A DNA stretch of 64,000 nt, from positions 64,001 to 128,000 of the forward strand of contig JBMOPW010000026.1 of the NCBI GenBank assembly GCA_049322915.1, read 5' to 3'. Below the pieces are notes generated by a model, which saw only the letters and a program-made list of their open reading frames with translations, did no database searches and was not told the origin of the DNA. The translations under genes were made by a program, and so were the position numbers. This document shows, one piece after another, positions 1 to 9,635 of the stretch. The stretch is from Candidatus Zhuqueibacterota bacterium. GTDB taxonomy: Bacteria > Zhuqueibacterota > Zhuqueibacteria > Thermofontimicrobiales > Thermofontimicrobiaceae. The stretch's first letter is position 1. Every line of letters begins with the position of its first letter.

Positions 1-140
1 TGGAAACGATATCATCCCCAACGTATCAAAGCCTTTTAAGGCTTTTTAGAGTCGACCCGGGATTGAAAATGAAATTGACATCTTCTTGTAACTTCGTGAC
101 CTAGGGACTTTGAGGCAAGAATACAAGCCTGAATAGCTAC
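1..140 (+). repeat. Right part of dispersed REP-bearing element (family A), cut by the window edge
   Basis: Aligns by eye to 18675-18811 (acgatatcat..ccaacgtatcaaa..gagtcgacccggga.tgaaaatgaaattgacatc..gcctgaatagc.ac). Confidence 0.85.
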
Positions 141-144
141 ATAT

Positions 145-183
145 TTTAACAGCAATGTAATATAAAATTAATTTAGTTGTAAT
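145..183 (+). promoter_or_regulatory. Pho-box-like direct-repeat array
   Basis: TTTAAC(145), TGTAAT(156), ATTAAT(167), TGTAAT(178) at 11-bp period, upstream of the GT-B gene. No -10 at exactly 10 bp here. Confidence 0.55.
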
Positions 184-402
184 CTATTTTTTATTTTTTA
201 TAGGCTACAGTGGTGAATTGGATGGTAACCGTTCACAGGTTCATTGTTCAAGGTTAATGCTAACGTCCAATTGATGACGGACTCTTTGAGCAGAAAAATG
301 TTTCGAGCAACTTTATCCAAAACCCCAACAGGGAACGCTGAACCCGGAACCTGTGAGCGACTAAATTGGATGAATACCATGAAATTATTGATGTGTAGTT
401 CA

Positions 403-1392
403 ATGAAAAAGAAAAAGATACTTTTCATCTGTGGCAGTTTGAATCAAACTACCATCATGTATAAAATCTATCAGCATTTAAGACATTATGATTGCCACTT
501 CACCCCGTTTTACAGCGATGGGTATTTGAATATTTTAGCCCGAAACGGATTCCTTGACTTCACCATTTTGGGCGGACAGGCCCGAATCAATACGTTGAAA
601 TTTCTCCACGAGAACCGATTGCCTCTCGATGATGGGGGCATGGGCCAAAATTATGATTTAGTGGTCACCGGCTCCGACCTGTTCATTCCAAAAAATATCA
701 TCGGAAAGAAAATTGTCCTCGTTCAGGAAGGCATGACCGACCCTGAAAACTTCAAATATTATCTGGTGAAGAATCTCCATCTGCCGCGCTATCTGGCCAA
801 CACATCTATGACCGGATTGTCCGATCAATACCAGACTTTCTGTGTAGCGTCTGAGGGATTTAAGGAACTGTTCATTCAGAAGGGCGTCAGGCCGGACAAA
901 ATCGCCGTCACCGGCATCCCGAATTTTGATAATGTCAAAGAGCATCTTCAGAATGGTTTTCAGCACAGGAATTACACGCTGGCGGTGACGTCGCATCTGC
1001 GCGAGACCTTCAAATATGAGAACCGAATAAAATTTATCGAAAATGTCGTTGACATAGCCCGGGGCAAACAGGTCATTTTCAAATTACATCCCGGGGAAAA
1101 TGTGGAACGAGCGTCCCGGGAGATCAACAAATATGCGCCGGGCAGTCTGATTTTCACGCAGGGAAACACTAATGAGATGGTCGCCAACTGCGACGTATTT
1201 GTGACGCGCTATTCCTCGGTGCTGCTGGTCGCTCTGGCGCTCAATAAACAGATCTATGCGGATGTGGATTTTGACCTGCTGAAAAAATTAACGCCCATTC
1301 AGAACGGGGGAAAGTCGGCGCGGAAAATTGCCGATATATGTGAGTATCATCTTTACCCTACAACGTCATTTAGCAAGTTTATGGCAATATAA
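403..1392 (+). CDS. GT-B fold protein, candidate CMP-nonulosonate (sialyl/KDN) transferase
   Basis: Motifs QEG, GIPNFD, KLHP and YSS resemble the E/D-E/D-G, HP and SS motifs of bacterial sialyltransferases. Start placed at MKKKKILF; the ORF is open from 244. Confidence 0.6.
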   Translation: MKKKKILFICGSLNQTTIMYKIYQHLRHYDCHFTPFYSDGYLNILARNGFLDFTILGGQARINTLKFLHENRLPLDDGGMGQNYDLVVTGSDLFIPKNIIGKKIVLVQEGMTDPENFKYYLVKNLHLPRYLANTSMTGLSDQYQTFCVASEGFKELFIQKGVRPDKIAVTGIPNFDNVKEHLQNGFQHRNYTLAVTSHLRETFKYENRIKFIENVVDIARGKQVIFKLHPGENVERASREINKYAPGSLIFTQGNTNEMVANCDVFVTRYSSVLLVALALNKQIYADVDFDLLKKLTPIQNGGKSARKIADICEYHLYPTTSFSKFMAI

Positions 1393-1502
1393 TGTATGTA
1401 TTATTATTAGCAAATCCCATATATTGGGTTAATAATGCTATGTGACGTAGTAGGGTTAATTCATTGATTCGAATGAATCATTATAGACAAGAGAGCGAGT
1501 GA

Positions 1503-2525
1503 GTGAAAAGTGAACAGGATATGTCTTTTCTGATTGTGGGACTCGGTTCCATCGGGAAAAGGCATCTGCGAAATTTGCATAGTTTGGGCGTGAAAGATAT
1601 TACTGTTGTCAGCAAGGAGATTTTTCTACAGCCTGGGGAAGAATTGCCCGAGTTTCAGACAGCGCCAAATTTATCCAAAGCGCTGGAGAGAAGGTATACC
1701 GCTGCCATCATTGCATCTCCGACAGTGAATCACCTGGAGGGAGCCTTGCAGACGGCCATGGCCGGATGCCATTTGTTCATTGAAAAACCGATATCGCATT
1801 CCATGGATGGAATTCGGACATTGACGCAAATCGTGAACCAGCGCAACCTCATTGTTCAGGTCGGCTTTCAATTTCGATTTCATCCAGCTATGTTGCAAAT
1901 AAAAAAGTGGATCGATGAAGGCGTCCTCGGGAAAATCGTTTCCGCGCATTCGCATTGGGGCGAATACCTGCCCGGCTGGCATCCCTGGGAGGACTATCGG
2001 GCCGGTTACAGTGCGCGCAGCGACATGGGCGGGGGCGTCGTGCTGACGCTGTGCCATCCTTTCGACTACCTGCGTTGGCTGTTTGGCGAGGTGAAATTCA
2101 TTTATGCCGTCGTGTCGCATTCTTCCGAACTGGAAATTGACACCGAAGATACGGCCATGTCCACGCTGAAATTCGAGTCCGGCGTTGTCGGGACCGTGTA
2201 TCTGGATTACATCGAGCGACCACCCCGGCATGATCTGGTCATCATCGGCCAAAAGGGGAAAATTACCTGGTACAATGAAACGTCGTCGGCCACCCTGTTT
2301 TCCGAGGATAAACAAGAGCCGGAGATATTTCTCCCGGCCGAGGGATTTACCCGAAACAGCATGTTCGTCGATCAGTTGGCGCATTTCATTTCGAGCATAA
2401 AAAATAACCGTACGCCGGACTGCACGCTGAGGGATGGTGTTCGCGTTCTGGAAATTGCTCTGGCCGTGAAGCAATCTTCGGACCGTTGTACCGAAGTCAA
2501 TATCACGAATAATTCCTTTATTTAG
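1503..2525 (+). CDS. Gfo/Idh/MocA family oxidoreductase
   Basis: GLGSIGKRH, EKP, GGGVVLTLCHPFDY motifs. Confidence 0.9.
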   Translation: MKSEQDMSFLIVGLGSIGKRHLRNLHSLGVKDITVVSKEIFLQPGEELPEFQTAPNLSKALERRYTAAIIASPTVNHLEGALQTAMAGCHLFIEKPISHSMDGIRTLTQIVNQRNLIVQVGFQFRFHPAMLQIKKWIDEGVLGKIVSAHSHWGEYLPGWHPWEDYRAGYSARSDMGGGVVLTLCHPFDYLRWLFGEVKFIYAVVSHSSELEIDTEDTAMSTLKFESGVVGTVYLDYIERPPRHDLVIIGQKGKITWYNETSSATLFSEDKQEPEIFLPAEGFTRNSMFVDQLAHFISSIKNNRTPDCTLRDGVRVLEIALAVKQSSDRCTEVNITNNSFI

Positions 2526-2614
2526 ATATGAATTAAACGGAAATTCCATGTGGGTATTTATACCAAATGTGGCAGTTTCCTCAAATCATGAATTAAATCA
2601 AAGGAGGTCGTTCT

Positions 2615-3031
2615 ATGAAGTATGGGACTCACGATATAGGCAAAATTCTGGGACTCCTGATGCTGTCCACCAGCCTGGTAACGATGCTTGAGAGCATTCT
2701 GGGAATTCTATTCGGAGTGAACCGAATTCTGGATTTGGGCTTTATTCTGACCGGCATTGTGGGAGTAGGACTTTATAACCACAAGAATTGGGCGCGGTTA
2801 TTCCTGCTTGGACTCTCGTATCTTGGAATAGCCGTCTCGGTGGTGATTGGAATTATCTATCCCATAAAGCCAGACATCGCAACTATTGAGACTAATTTTC
2901 GAGGACAGCTCATTGCCAATCCAGCCATGTGGAAGGTCTACATCGTTCTTGCGTTAGCGATTGTCTGCTTCGGATTGATTGCCTACTTCCTGCGGACAGA
3001 AAAAGCAAGGAGCGAGTTCAGCGTCGCTTAA
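2615..3031 (+). CDS. Hypothetical membrane protein (about 4 TM)
   Basis: AAGGAGG RBS; hydrophobic segments. Confidence 0.75.
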   Translation: MKYGTHDIGKILGLLMLSTSLVTMLESILGILFGVNRILDLGFILTGIVGVGLYNHKNWARLFLLGLSYLGIAVSVVIGIIYPIKPDIATIETNFRGQLIANPAMWKVYIVLALAIVCFGLIAYFLRTEKARSEFSVA

Positions 3032-3239
3032 TACTGTGCGGTGCAGGCCGGGCAGCATTTTTTGAATATGGCGGAGTTTTGATGGGTGTTCCGGACCGTT
3101 TAATTGATTCGAAGCAGAGGGATTGTCGATTATGAAAGACAACCTCAGCGCCGGCGTTTTTGAGTCTGACGTGCGGGTGTCATTCAAGAATCGGATAATC
3201 CAGGGACCATGAATATTAAATTTATGAAGTGAGGTATTA

Positions 3240-4028
3240 TTGATGGAAAATAAAAAAAATATTATTGCGATCATTCCGGCCCGGGGCGGCTCCAAATCGA
3301 TCCCGCGAAAGAATATCAAGTACCTGGGCGGATGTCCGCTCATTTCGTACAGCATCGCTGCCGGTTTGAGTTCAGATTACATTGACCGGGTCATTGTTTC
3401 GACCGATGATGAAGAGATCGCAGAGATTGCGCTGTACTGGGGCGCGGAAGTGCCGTTCATTCGCCCGGCTGAACTGGCAGAGGATCATGTTCTGGATCTG
3501 CCGGTGTTCGACCATGCCATCCACTGGCTTGAAACCAACGAGAAGTATCGCCCCGATATTGTCGTTCAATTGCGGCCAACAACGCCATTCCGCCCGATCA
3601 ATTGCGTGGATGAAGCCATTGAGCTATTGATGCAAAGCAATGCCGACTCCGTGCGGGGAGTCACGCCGTCCGGCCAGAATCCCTACAAGATGTGGCATGT
3701 CAAAGATAACCGAATGGTGCCGATCATGGCGACAGAATTCAAAGAGCCCTACAATATGCCGCGACAGAAACTTCCGGCGACCTTCTGGCAGACGGGCCAT
3801 GTTGAGGCAATTCGGTATGAAACGATTATGCACAAGCACAGTCTGACCGGCGATTCGATTGCGCCGCTCATCATTGCCCCGGAGTATTCCATCGATCTGG
3901 ATAATGAGTTCCAGTGGGAGTTCGCCGAGTATGTGCTGGAGCATATGGAACTGCAAATTGTTCATCCCAATGAACTGTTTCTTGATCAGCGAAAACTGGG
4001 GTCGTCCATTGCCTCTCCTGTGTGGTGA
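3240..4028 (+). CDS. neuA: Acylneuraminate (nonulosonate) cytidylyltransferase
   Basis: IIPARGGSKSIPRKN, VSTDD, LRPTTPFR, SIDLD motifs. Confidence 0.9.
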   Translation: MMENKKNIIAIIPARGGSKSIPRKNIKYLGGCPLISYSIAAGLSSDYIDRVIVSTDDEEIAEIALYWGAEVPFIRPAELAEDHVLDLPVFDHAIHWLETNEKYRPDIVVQLRPTTPFRPINCVDEAIELLMQSNADSVRGVTPSGQNPYKMWHVKDNRMVPIMATEFKEPYNMPRQKLPATFWQTGHVEAIRYETIMHKHSLTGDSIAPLIIAPEYSIDLDNEFQWEFAEYVLEHMELQIVHPNELFLDQRKLGSSIASPVW

Positions 4029-4148
4029 AATGGAGATAGGTGGAGATTGCGCTGCAACTTTCGTTTAAGTCACTTTCATCGTGAAGTCCGGCTATTGCCT
4101 GAGTGAGGCGTCGAGACTCACTATGAAATGGCGATGCCTGAGCCTGTG

Positions 4149-5270
4149 TCACGCGGCTTCTTTGGCGATGTACTGCGCGCGTGACCGGCGCAACGACACC
4201 TTCCTCATTGCGCCTTTCGAACGAAATTTCACAATAAATCGGGTGATCAGATAGAGGATGCCGCCAACTGCGAGATAGGAATAGAACGTGATGAAGCGCC
4301 ATCCGGCGGTGACCATGCCAATGGTTCGAGGCGGCAGGAAGGCCAGGAAAATCAGGTAGAACGACGCTTCCGCTCCCCCTGTGGCGCCCGGCGTTGGGAT
4401 GAAAATAGCGATTGTGTTGACCATCCATTGCAGCACAAAAAACAGGATGGGTTGGACCGGCATCCCCAGGCTGGCCACCAGCGCCGAGATCACCGAATAT
4501 CTGCAGATCCACTGAATCCCTGTCAAAATTGTCGTGATGAAAAATGTGAACTTCCCCCGCCGGATGATCACGCTGTACGCCGCTTTTAAATCATGCCCAA
4601 ATTTGAACACGCCCCGACGCACTCTTGAAAAGAATGATAGCTCGCCTTCCGGAGTATGCCGGCTGAACCACGCTGGCTTGATTTTTTTCATGATGAAATA
4701 CAACAGGAAGAGCACAATCACGAGGCTGACCACGATGATGCCCACCCAGACCATCGCCCCCTGAAGTTTATGATACGCTTTGGAAAATGTGGGGAATTTC
4801 CAGGCCGCCGTCCAGATGATGGCAAGGGGCAGCGCAACGCCTAAAAACGCGATGTCCTCGATTGTGCCAATGGATGTGATTGTGAACGCCGCGCCGGAGG
4901 ATACCCGTTTTTGCATGAGCAATCCAATTTTCAAGGGAGCGCCGCCGATGGCTGAGGGACTTATCGCTGCGCTCAATTCGCTGTAAAAAATGATTTTCAG
5001 GCTCTGGAAGAACGATAATTTCCGTTTGAAAAAGTGCGCCCATAGCTTCAATCGAAACACATTGGTGAACCAGGGAATAATGATCAACAGGATAGCGAGC
5101 AGAAAATAGTGGAATGAAAAATTGATCACGGAAACCAGAGCTGTTTTATCCTTTGTGAAAATGGTAAGTCCAAGATTGATGAAGATACCAAGGGGAATGA
5201 TGAAAATGAATTTCTTCACAAGTTTGGAGAGATCGAAATTTGATGGTTGTGAATTGATTGACTTCTTCAA
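4149..5270 (-). CDS. Lysylphosphatidylglycerol-synthase TM / flippase-like membrane protein
   Basis: Multi-TM; SPSAIGG, PTPGATGGAE, WRFITFY motifs; TTG start with GGAG RBS. Confidence 0.85.
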   Translation of the reverse strand: MKKSINSQPSNFDLSKLVKKFIFIIPLGIFINLGLTIFTKDKTALVSVINFSFHYFLLAILLIIIPWFTNVFRLKLWAHFFKRKLSFFQSLKIIFYSELSAAISPSAIGGAPLKIGLLMQKRVSSGAAFTITSIGTIEDIAFLGVALPLAIIWTAAWKFPTFSKAYHKLQGAMVWVGIIVVSLVIVLFLLYFIMKKIKPAWFSRHTPEGELSFFSRVRRGVFKFGHDLKAAYSVIIRRGKFTFFITTILTGIQWICRYSVISALVASLGMPVQPILFFVLQWMVNTIAIFIPTPGATGGAEASFYLIFLAFLPPRTIGMVTAGWRFITFYSYLAVGGILYLITRFIVKFRSKGAMRKVSLRRSRAQYIAKEAA

Positions 5271-5488
5271 TTATAGTTGTCTCCGAAAATGATGATTCCG
5301 CTGTAATGAACCAGGATGGGTAGCTGGCTCTGATCCGCAGCGAATGTCTGAGTCCGATCTGCGTTGGGGACGCCCGCGGCGCCCGCGATGAATGAACGAG
5401 GCGCTGCGCCAGCGATTATTTTTGCCTGACTGCCAGTTCCCATGTGGCAGCAGGTGTTCGCCCTGTCTGCAATTGGTAAAACATCTTC

Positions 5489-5532
5489 AAAATAGATAAT
5501 TCATTTTACAGAACTGTTACATTGCGATTACA
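5489..5532 (-). promoter_or_regulatory. Pho-box-like array plus -10
   Basis: Minus strand TGTAAT-N5-TGTAAC-N5-TGTAAA (5532-5505), then 10 bp, then TATTTT (5494-5489). Confidence 0.7.
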
Positions 5533-5605
5533 GATTATTGAAGTCTCAGCGCCGGCTGAAAATCGTTCTGAAATTCACACCGTTGTTATGAAAAGTACGC
5601 TGAAA

Positions 5606-5649
5606 TATAACCCGGGTGTAACAAAACCGTAACGTGCTTCCATTAAATT
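5606..5649 (+). promoter_or_regulatory. Pho-box-like array plus -10
   Basis: TATAAC-N5-TGTAAC-N5-CGTAAC (5606-5633), then 10 bp, then TAAATT (5644-5649). Confidence 0.7.
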
Positions 5650-5693
5650 TCTGACTAATATTTTAATTTTAACATTTTTTAGAAGCGAAGTGC

Positions 5694-6506
5694 ATGAAGA
5701 CAACTGATTTATTTATCATTCAAGGCCGAGTGGCCATCGTCACGGGAGCGCTGGGACTCATTGGGAAGCATCACTGTTCTGCATTAGCCGAAGCCGGCGC
5801 CCAAGTGGTGGCGTGCGATGTGGATGAACAGAGGTGCCAGCGTTATGCTGAGTTACTGCCAACCGATTCCATCGGCGTTGGCGTGAATGTGACCGACCCT
5901 GAGTCGATCGCCCGAATGAAAGAGATCGTGCTGAATCGCTTCGGTCACGTGGATGTGCTGGTGAATAACGCGGCGATCAATGATATGTTCGAGACGCCGG
6001 CGCTCGCAGCCGAGAAATCGAAATTTGAAAATTATCCTCTGGACATGTGGCAAAAGATGCTGAATGTGAACGTGACCGGCATTTTCCTTTGTGCGCAGCA
6101 GATTGGCGCGGAGATGGCGAAACAGGGACATGGCAGTATCATCAATATAGCATCCACCTATGGCATCGTGGCGCCGGATCAGTCCATTTATAAAGACCGG
6201 CAGGGAAAACAACTGTTTTTCAAATCGCCGGCCTACCCGACGACAAAGGGGGCGGTGATTGCCTTCACCAAATTTTTGGCCGCCTATTGGGGAACCGCTG
6301 GTGTGCGGGTGAATACGCTGTCGCCCGGCGGGGTGGAAAACGGACAGGATGATTTTTTTGTGACGAATTATTCAACCAGGACGCCGCTGGGCAGAATGGC
6401 AAAACCGACAGATTACAAAGGCGCGCTGCTGTTCCTTGCCAGCGATGCCTCAAGTTATATGACAGGCGCAAATTTGGTAGTAGATGGAGGATGGACGGCA
6501 TGGTAG
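5694..6506 (+). CDS. SDR family oxidoreductase
   Basis: TGALGLIG, NNAA, YPTTK, VDGG motifs. Confidence 0.9.
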   Translation: MKTTDLFIIQGRVAIVTGALGLIGKHHCSALAEAGAQVVACDVDEQRCQRYAELLPTDSIGVGVNVTDPESIARMKEIVLNRFGHVDVLVNNAAINDMFETPALAAEKSKFENYPLDMWQKMLNVNVTGIFLCAQQIGAEMAKQGHGSIINIASTYGIVAPDQSIYKDRQGKQLFFKSPAYPTTKGAVIAFTKFLAAYWGTAGVRVNTLSPGGVENGQDDFFVTNYSTRTPLGRMAKPTDYKGALLFLASDASSYMTGANLVVDGGWTAW

Positions 6507-7054
6507 CACCGGGAGACAATCGAAGAAAAGCGCGGGGAATAAAATTAGTCATCACTGATTGCGACGGCGTTTTGACGGATAACGGCGTGTATTATTCCGA
6601 ACGCGGCGAGGAAATGAAGCGCTTTTCCATCCGCGACGGGATGGGCGTGGAACGGCTGCGCACCGTGGTCAATGTGGAAGTCGCCATCATTTCCGGTGAA
6701 AAGTCGGGATCGCTGATTAAACGGGCGGAGAAACTCAACATCACCGAACTGCATCTTGGTGTGCGGGACAAAGTGAAAGTGGTTGATGACCTCGTCCAGA
6801 GAATGAATATCGCATTGGAAAATGTAGCATACATCGGCGACGACACCAACGATGTGGAAGTGATGCAGCACGTTGGGTTGTCGGCCTGCCCCACCGATGC
6901 AACGTCATTTGCCAAAGCCGTGGCGGACTATATCTGCCGCAGCAAAGGCGGCGATGGTGCGTTCCGCGATTTTGCCGAATACATCATTGCAGCAAAGAAA
7001 TCTTTTAATAAAGCCCTAATTGGAAATGAAGATGGTGAACTGACCGTTTCATAG
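6500..7054 (+). CDS. KdsC-family HAD phosphatase (candidate KDN-9-phosphate phosphatase)
   Basis: DCDGVLTD, FSIRDGMG, GDDTND, GGDGAFRDF; directly upstream of neuB. Confidence 0.85.
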   Translation: MVAPGDNRRKARGIKLVITDCDGVLTDNGVYYSERGEEMKRFSIRDGMGVERLRTVVNVEVAIISGEKSGSLIKRAEKLNITELHLGVRDKVKVVDDLVQRMNIALENVAYIGDDTNDVEVMQHVGLSACPTDATSFAKAVADYICRSKGGDGAFRDFAEYIIAAKKSFNKALIGNEDGELTVS

Positions 7055-7086
7055 TTTAAAACCTTGAAAGGGAGGTTATCGGAACA

Positions 7087-7998
7087 ATGAGAAAACAGAT
7101 TAAGGTTGGTAAGCATACTATTGGTGAAGGTGAACCAACATTTGTGATTGCTGAAATAGGCATAAATCACAATGGCTCTCTTGAAATTGCAAAAAAAATG
7201 ATTGAAGGAGCTAAGTTCGCTGGATGCGATGCAGTCAAATTTCAGAAACGGACGCCTGAGTTGTGCGTGCCGTACGATCAATGGAATATCGAGCGGGACA
7301 CCCCGTGGGGCCGCATGACCTATATCGATTATCGCCATCGCATCGAATTTGACGCTGAACAGTTTGCTGAAATAGACCGGTTCTGTAAAGAGAAGGACAT
7401 CATCTGGTTCGCATCGTGCTGGGATGAGGAATCCGTCGATGTGATTGAACAATTCGACCCACTGCTCTATAAAGCGTCATCTGCGTCGTTGACGGATCAC
7501 GGGCTTTTGAAAAAAATGAAAAGCACCGGCAAACCACTCATCGTTTCCACGGGCATGTCGCAGATGGAAGAAATTCAGGAAGCCGTGACAATGCTGGGGA
7601 ATGAAAATTTAGCCATCGCGCACTCCACATCGGCCTATCCCTGCAAACCGGAGGAACTGAATTTGAAAATGATCAGGACGCTCATGGATATTTACCCGGT
7701 CCCGGTTGGCTATTCCGGCCACGAAGTCGGGCTGGCGCCGACATGGACGGCGGTGACGCTGGGCGCAACGTTTGTGGAACGGCACATTACGCTGGACAGA
7801 GCCATGTGGGGAACGGACCAGGCCGCATCCGTGGAAATTATCGGTATGTCACGTCTGGTGCACAATATCCGCGTCATTGAATTGGCTCTCGGCGATGGCA
7901 TCAAACGCGTTTATCCCAGCGAAGTTCAGGTGCGACAGAAGCTCCGTCGCAATCAAAATAATCATGACCAGGTGGATGTGGTTTCAATGGTCAATTGA
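7087..7998 (+). CDS. neuB: NeuB-family nonulosonate synthase, short form without C-terminal AFP-like domain
   Basis: IAEIGINHNG, AVKFQKR, GYSGHE, ERHITLDR. Confidence 0.9.
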   Translation: MRKQIKVGKHTIGEGEPTFVIAEIGINHNGSLEIAKKMIEGAKFAGCDAVKFQKRTPELCVPYDQWNIERDTPWGRMTYIDYRHRIEFDAEQFAEIDRFCKEKDIIWFASCWDEESVDVIEQFDPLLYKASSASLTDHGLLKKMKSTGKPLIVSTGMSQMEEIQEAVTMLGNENLAIAHSTSAYPCKPEELNLKMIRTLMDIYPVPVGYSGHEVGLAPTWTAVTLGATFVERHITLDRAMWGTDQAASVEIIGMSRLVHNIRVIELALGDGIKRVYPSEVQVRQKLRRNQNNHDQVDVVSMVN

Positions 7999-8136
7999 AC
8001 GAGCCGGGTATGGGCGTGGACGATTGATTGCTTGCAGTCCAGACAAGGGTTCGCGTATCGTTGTTCTCATTAAAAGTTGATGCACATATTAAAACGCCGA
8101 GTTTGAAACCGAACAATGCAAAGGATGCTATAGTCA

Positions 8137-9069
8137 ATGAAAATTGCTCACCTGTCCGATCTGCATATTTGCCAGAAATCGCGACCCGGGAATATTAAAA
8201 ATACTGAACTTCTCCTTCAATACGCTCTGGCCCAGGGAACAGATCATTTTGCCATCACCGGGGATCTGATTCACCTGGCCAATGATGATGATTTTTACGA
8301 ACTACGAACCCTGTTTAACAAATACGATTTGATGGATCCGGCCAGACTGACCCTTGTCATCGGAAATCACGATATTTATGGCGGCGTTCATCTGGCGGAA
8401 GATGTGGTTAAATTCCCGCAGACTTGTCTCAATGTCGATTACAACAAGAAGGTTGAAAGTTTTAATAAATACTTTTTTGAAGCGTTTGAAAATTGCTATG
8501 TCTATTCAACAGAAATGGGATATCCCTTTGTCAAGACGATTGATAATGTCGCGCTGATCGGCATTAATTCTACCACGCATTATTCCATTTTGAAAAATCC
8601 ATTCGCTTCAAAAGGGTTTGTGAATAAATATCAGATCGCCGGCATCAGGCATATCATGGGTCGGTTGCATCAGCAGAACAAAGTGAAAATTGTGATGATG
8701 CATCATCATTTCAAACGGCAAAATCTGAATGATTCATTGTTTCGGAATTCCATGTTGAAGAACGTCGAAGACCTGGCGAATAATCTCTGGCGCAAGAACA
8801 GATTGCTGAAAGTTCTGCGGCGCTACAAGGTGGACTTGATTCTCCATGGCCATGAACACTATTCCGGCGAGTACGTGCACCGCAAGTTGCACATGTTGAA
8901 CGCAGGCGGAAGCATTGACAAAAACGAACCGGGCGAATTGAAGATCAATTTCATCGATGTTGATGGCAATACCTACCGTACCGAAATACGGACACTTCGC
9001 ATTCACGAGATGATGACTTTAAAAAATGTGGCCAGGGAACATTCGGAGCAAGGTGTACTCGTCAGTTGA
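8137..9069 (+). CDS. Metallophosphoesterase (CpdA/Icc-like)
   Basis: SDLH, TGD, GNHD, HHH, HGHEH motifs. Confidence 0.88.
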   Translation: MKIAHLSDLHICQKSRPGNIKNTELLLQYALAQGTDHFAITGDLIHLANDDDFYELRTLFNKYDLMDPARLTLVIGNHDIYGGVHLAEDVVKFPQTCLNVDYNKKVESFNKYFFEAFENCYVYSTEMGYPFVKTIDNVALIGINSTTHYSILKNPFASKGFVNKYQIAGIRHIMGRLHQQNKVKIVMMHHHFKRQNLNDSLFRNSMLKNVEDLANNLWRKNRLLKVLRRYKVDLILHGHEHYSGEYVHRKLHMLNAGGSIDKNEPGELKINFIDVDGNTYRTEIRTLRIHEMMTLKNVAREHSEQGVLVS

Positions 9070-9216
9070 AATAAATTTACAGGCCCCCCCCTTTAAATGA
9101 GCCACTTGAAGAGGCAGAAGCTGCCATGCAATATCCTGATTGTTTGTGATGATGGCAGATGCTTCAACAGCGGCAGTGATGAACCGATCATTTTGATTCC
9201 ACTATTTTCTCTTTAG

Positions 9217-9377
9217 CCTGCATTATTCATAGTATTTTTAAAGGAGGCTGGCTAAATTGAATGGTGCTCTTTTTAGAATAACCGTACAAAAACTGAGTTT
9301 CAAAATAGCTTAGCTTTTAGCTAATTGAAAATCTGAATGTTGACTCAAATTCTGAGCAAGTTCATGAATAATTCAGG
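9217..9377 (+). mobile_element. 161-bp MITE (IS1380-like ends), copy 1
   Basis: TIRs CCTGCATTATTCAT / ATGAATAATTCAGG, flanked by TTAG direct repeats; near-identical inverted copy at 36851-37011. Confidence 0.85.
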
Positions 9378-9416
9378 TTAGAGCATTTACAGTTCAATGC
9401 GTCTCTTTCTCAATTC

Positions 9417-9457
9417 AAAAAACCATTCCCGTGTTGACGCGGGGATGGTTTTTTTTT
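9417..9457 (+). terminator. Intrinsic terminator
   Basis: aaaaaaccattcccgtg..cgcggggatggtttttttt hairpin with U tract. Confidence 0.8.
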
Positions 9458-9528
9458 GTCAGAGTGAAACATCTGTCGGATTGGACCAGGACCGTCGCCC
9501 GAACCCTTTCAAAAGGAACGCTTCAAAA

Positions 9529-9583
9529 CTTAAAGCGAATGTCATATCGATGAAATAGGGCTGTTACATTACCTGAGTATAAT
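9529..9583 (+). promoter_or_regulatory. Pho-box-like array plus perfect -10
   Basis: CTTAAA(9529), TGTCAT(9540), TGAAAT(9551), TGTTAC(9562), then 10 bp, then TATAAT (9578-9583). Confidence 0.72.
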
Positions 9584-9635
9584 GATGTCAAAACCATGCA
9601 GTCCATGTTTCGCATTATAAATGGGAGAAGCAAAA

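Noticed and set aside
244..402. N-terminal extension of the first ORF
   Set aside because: Runs through heptamer-like inverted repeats; the Rossmann-like start KKILFICG begins at 403.
3144..3155. CTCAGCGCCGGC also at 5545-5556, with a 10-mer at 11682-11691
   Set aside because: GC-rich 10-12-mer at inconsistent positions; compatible with chance.
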